From: an uncultured Pelagibacteraceae bacterium
Lineage (GTDB): Bacteria > Pseudomonadota > Alphaproteobacteria > Pelagibacterales > Pelagibacteraceae
Assembly: GCA_902593445.1 (NCBI GenBank)
Contig: CACJIJ010000001.1
Location: 15,069-79,068, forward strand
Reading direction: 5' to 3'
Length of the DNA stretch: 64,000 nucleotides
How positions within the stretch are numbered: position 1 is the first letter of the stretch; every line of letters starts with the position of its first letter. Below are positions 62,350-64,000 of the stretch, one piece after another. The position numbers and the translations under genes were made by a program. The notes beneath the pieces are model-generated. The model was given only the letters and a program-made list of their open reading frames with translations, was not told where the DNA came from and did no database searches.

Positions 62350-63459
62350 CTAAATAAAAGGTAAATCGCAAACTTTACCACTAAAAATATCACCATTTAT
62401 GCTTGCTTTTACGTTCTGGTCAATATTCCAATGCGATTTTTTCATCATAGCAATACCAATTACTTTTTTAAAATGAGGCGAATAACAGGCTGACCTTAAT
62501 TCTCCAATGATTTTGTTATTATCATCAGCCAGATCTAAAGATCCTGTTAAACTTATTTTGTCCAAATCTAACTTAACACCCATTAATTTTCTTTTTATAC
62601 CTTCAGATTTTATTTTCTTTAATTTTTCTTTTCCTAAAAAAATAACATCACTATCTATGTTGACATATTTATCAAAACCACATTCATAAGGATTATCTCC
62701 GTTATCCATATCATTGCCATGAGATAACAGTCCACTTTCGATTCGTTCTATTAAATTAGGACACCCTGGTTTAATATTAAATTCTTTTCCAATTTCAAAT
62801 AAATGATCATATAGTTTTAAGCCTGCTTCAGTATTTTGAACATATACTTCATAACCTCCTTGTTTAGACCATCCGGATTGTGCGATAAGGTGTTTTGCAC
62901 CTCCAAATTCAAAATAATCAAAACCAAAAAATTTTAATTTTGTGATCTGTTCTCCAAATACTTTTTCCATCAATTGAAATGATTTTGGACCTTGTACAGC
63001 CATGATATCAACTTTTGGCTCTATGATTTTAACATCAAATTTATTTCCAATTGCTAATCCTTTTGCAAATAATATTACGTCCGTATCTGCAATAGAAATC
63101 CACCATTTATTTTCATTAATTCTTAAAACAACTGGATCATTAATTAATCCAGCATTATCATCTATAATCGGACAATAATAACATCTTCCATCTTTAGATT
63201 TTGATAAATCTCTACAAGTCATTAGCTGAACTAATTTTGCAGAATCTTTTCCTGAGATTTCTACCTGTCTTTCGGCTGCTACATCCCAAATTTGAACATG
63301 CTCTTTTAAATGATGATAAGCATCTTCAATTGGACCAAAGGCAGCTGGAAGCAACATATGGTTATAAATTGTATAAGCTGTAACACCCTGTTCCTCAATT
63401 CGAGAAGTATATGGTGTACCTCTAAGTCTTCTTGATTTTGCAATTAAAAAGTTTTTCAT
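62350..63459 (-). CDS. dmdA: Dimethylsulfoniopropionate demethylase (GcvT fold, THF-dependent)
   Basis: 369 aa; [61 protein letters not shown]; closely matches the Pelagibacter DmdA sequence as I recall it. Confidence 0.92.
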   Translation of the reverse strand: MKNFLIAKSRRLRGTPYTSRIEEQGVTAYTIYNHMLLPAAFGPIEDAYHHLKEHVQIWDVAAERQVEISGKDSAKLVQLMTCRDLSKSKDGRCYYCPIIDDNAGLINDPVVLRINENKWWISIADTDVILFAKGLAIGNKFDVKIIEPKVDIMAVQGPKSFQLMEKVFGEQITKLKFFGFDYFEFGGAKHLIAQSGWSKQGGYEVYVQNTEAGLKLYDHLFEIGKEFNIKPGCPNLIERIESGLLSHGNDMDNGDNPYECGFDKYVNIDSDVIFLGKEKLKKIKSEGIKRKLMGVKLDLDKISLTGSLDLADDNNKIIGELRSACYSPHFKKVIGIAMMKKSHWNIDQNVKASINGDIFSGKVCDLPFI

Positions 63460-64000
63460 TTTTTCAAAAATTCTAAAACTTTGTCTCTCATTTCAAATGC
63501 TTTTTCAATCATAATCATATGACCACAACCCTCGATTATATGTGTAGATGAGTTGTTAATTAGACCAGAAAATTTTTTTCCAGCTTCTAGATTTACCATC
63601 TTATCTAGAGAGCCAAAAATAAACATTGATGGAAATTCTATTAATTTAGCAGCTTCAGAACCATTTTTGTAATTGTTACATGCAACAAGGTCCACCGCCA
63701 GTATGTCTCTTATGTCTCGAGGTGATTGTATTATTTTTTCTACTGGGTTACCTCCAATAAATCTTTTTGAACCTTCATAACCCCACTTCATCATTAATTT
63801 AACAGCATCAGAGTCCCCATTTTTTGCTAGATCAATTAGATCTGGATGAACTGGCATCTTATTTGACCCTCCGATAAAAACTAACTTTTTTAATCTATTT
63901 GTATATTTATGAGCATATTCAAGTATCTCCAAGCAACCTTGAGAATGACCAATCAAAATTAAATTATTTAAATTAAGTTTATTAAAAACCTGTTCCAACC
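63456..64000 (-). CDS. Alpha/beta-fold hydrolase, partial (5' end beyond window), upstream of and overlapping dmdA
   Basis: Nucleophile elbow GHSQG, Asp in GSLDKMV, His in GCGHM; ATGA overlap with dmdA. Confidence 0.85.
   Translation of the reverse strand, partial: LEQVFNKLNLNNLILIGHSQGCLEILEYAHKYTNRLKKLVFIGGSNKMPVHPDLIDLAKNGDSDAVKLMMKWGYEGSKRFIGGNPVEKIIQSPRDIRDILAVDLVACNNYKNGSEAAKLIEFPSMFIFGSLDKMVNLEAGKKFSGLINNSSTHIIEGCGHMIMIEKAFEMRDKVLEFLKK

Overview
AT-rich (roughly 30% GC by eye), extremely gene-dense alphaproteobacterial chromosome segment with minimal intergenic DNA. The near-typical Pelagibacter-type DmdA, SAM-II riboswitch before metX, class I LysRS, ChvG/ChvI, RegA and F1-only atp operon point to the SAR11 clade (Ca. 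Pelagibacter or a close relative). Content is mostly core: msrA-sseA-RND efflux pair, gpmA, tsaE-amgK-murU, ahcY, chvGI, polA, bioY, regA, a decarboxylase/DHS-like/agmatinase polyamine operon, rpmB, pyrD, lysS, trkH, ampG, hisC-tyrA, metXW-gloB, rplU-rpmA-obgE-proBA-nadD-rsfS-ctpA-rppH, atpHAGDC, priA, a lone sulfotransferase, and a long minus-strand run hydrolase-dmdA-asd-sdhCDAB-mmsA-mdh-sucCD-sucAB-lpdA. No tRNA, rRNA, CRISPR, IS or prophage was seen. The most interesting signals are inside ordinary-looking genes. (1) SdhC and SdhD have both lost the histidines that ligate heme b, which predicts a heme-free complex II. (2) The RND periplasmic adaptor lacks its alpha-helical hairpin, carries a basic amphipathic tail, and has no outer-membrane factor nearby. 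(3) A short uORF with a hairpin and U-tract precedes the polyamine operon. (4) The SAM-II aptamer is followed by a U-tract rather than a Shine-Dalgarno. (5) Several promoters imply leaderless mRNAs. All calls come from motif recognition by eye; no searches were run.
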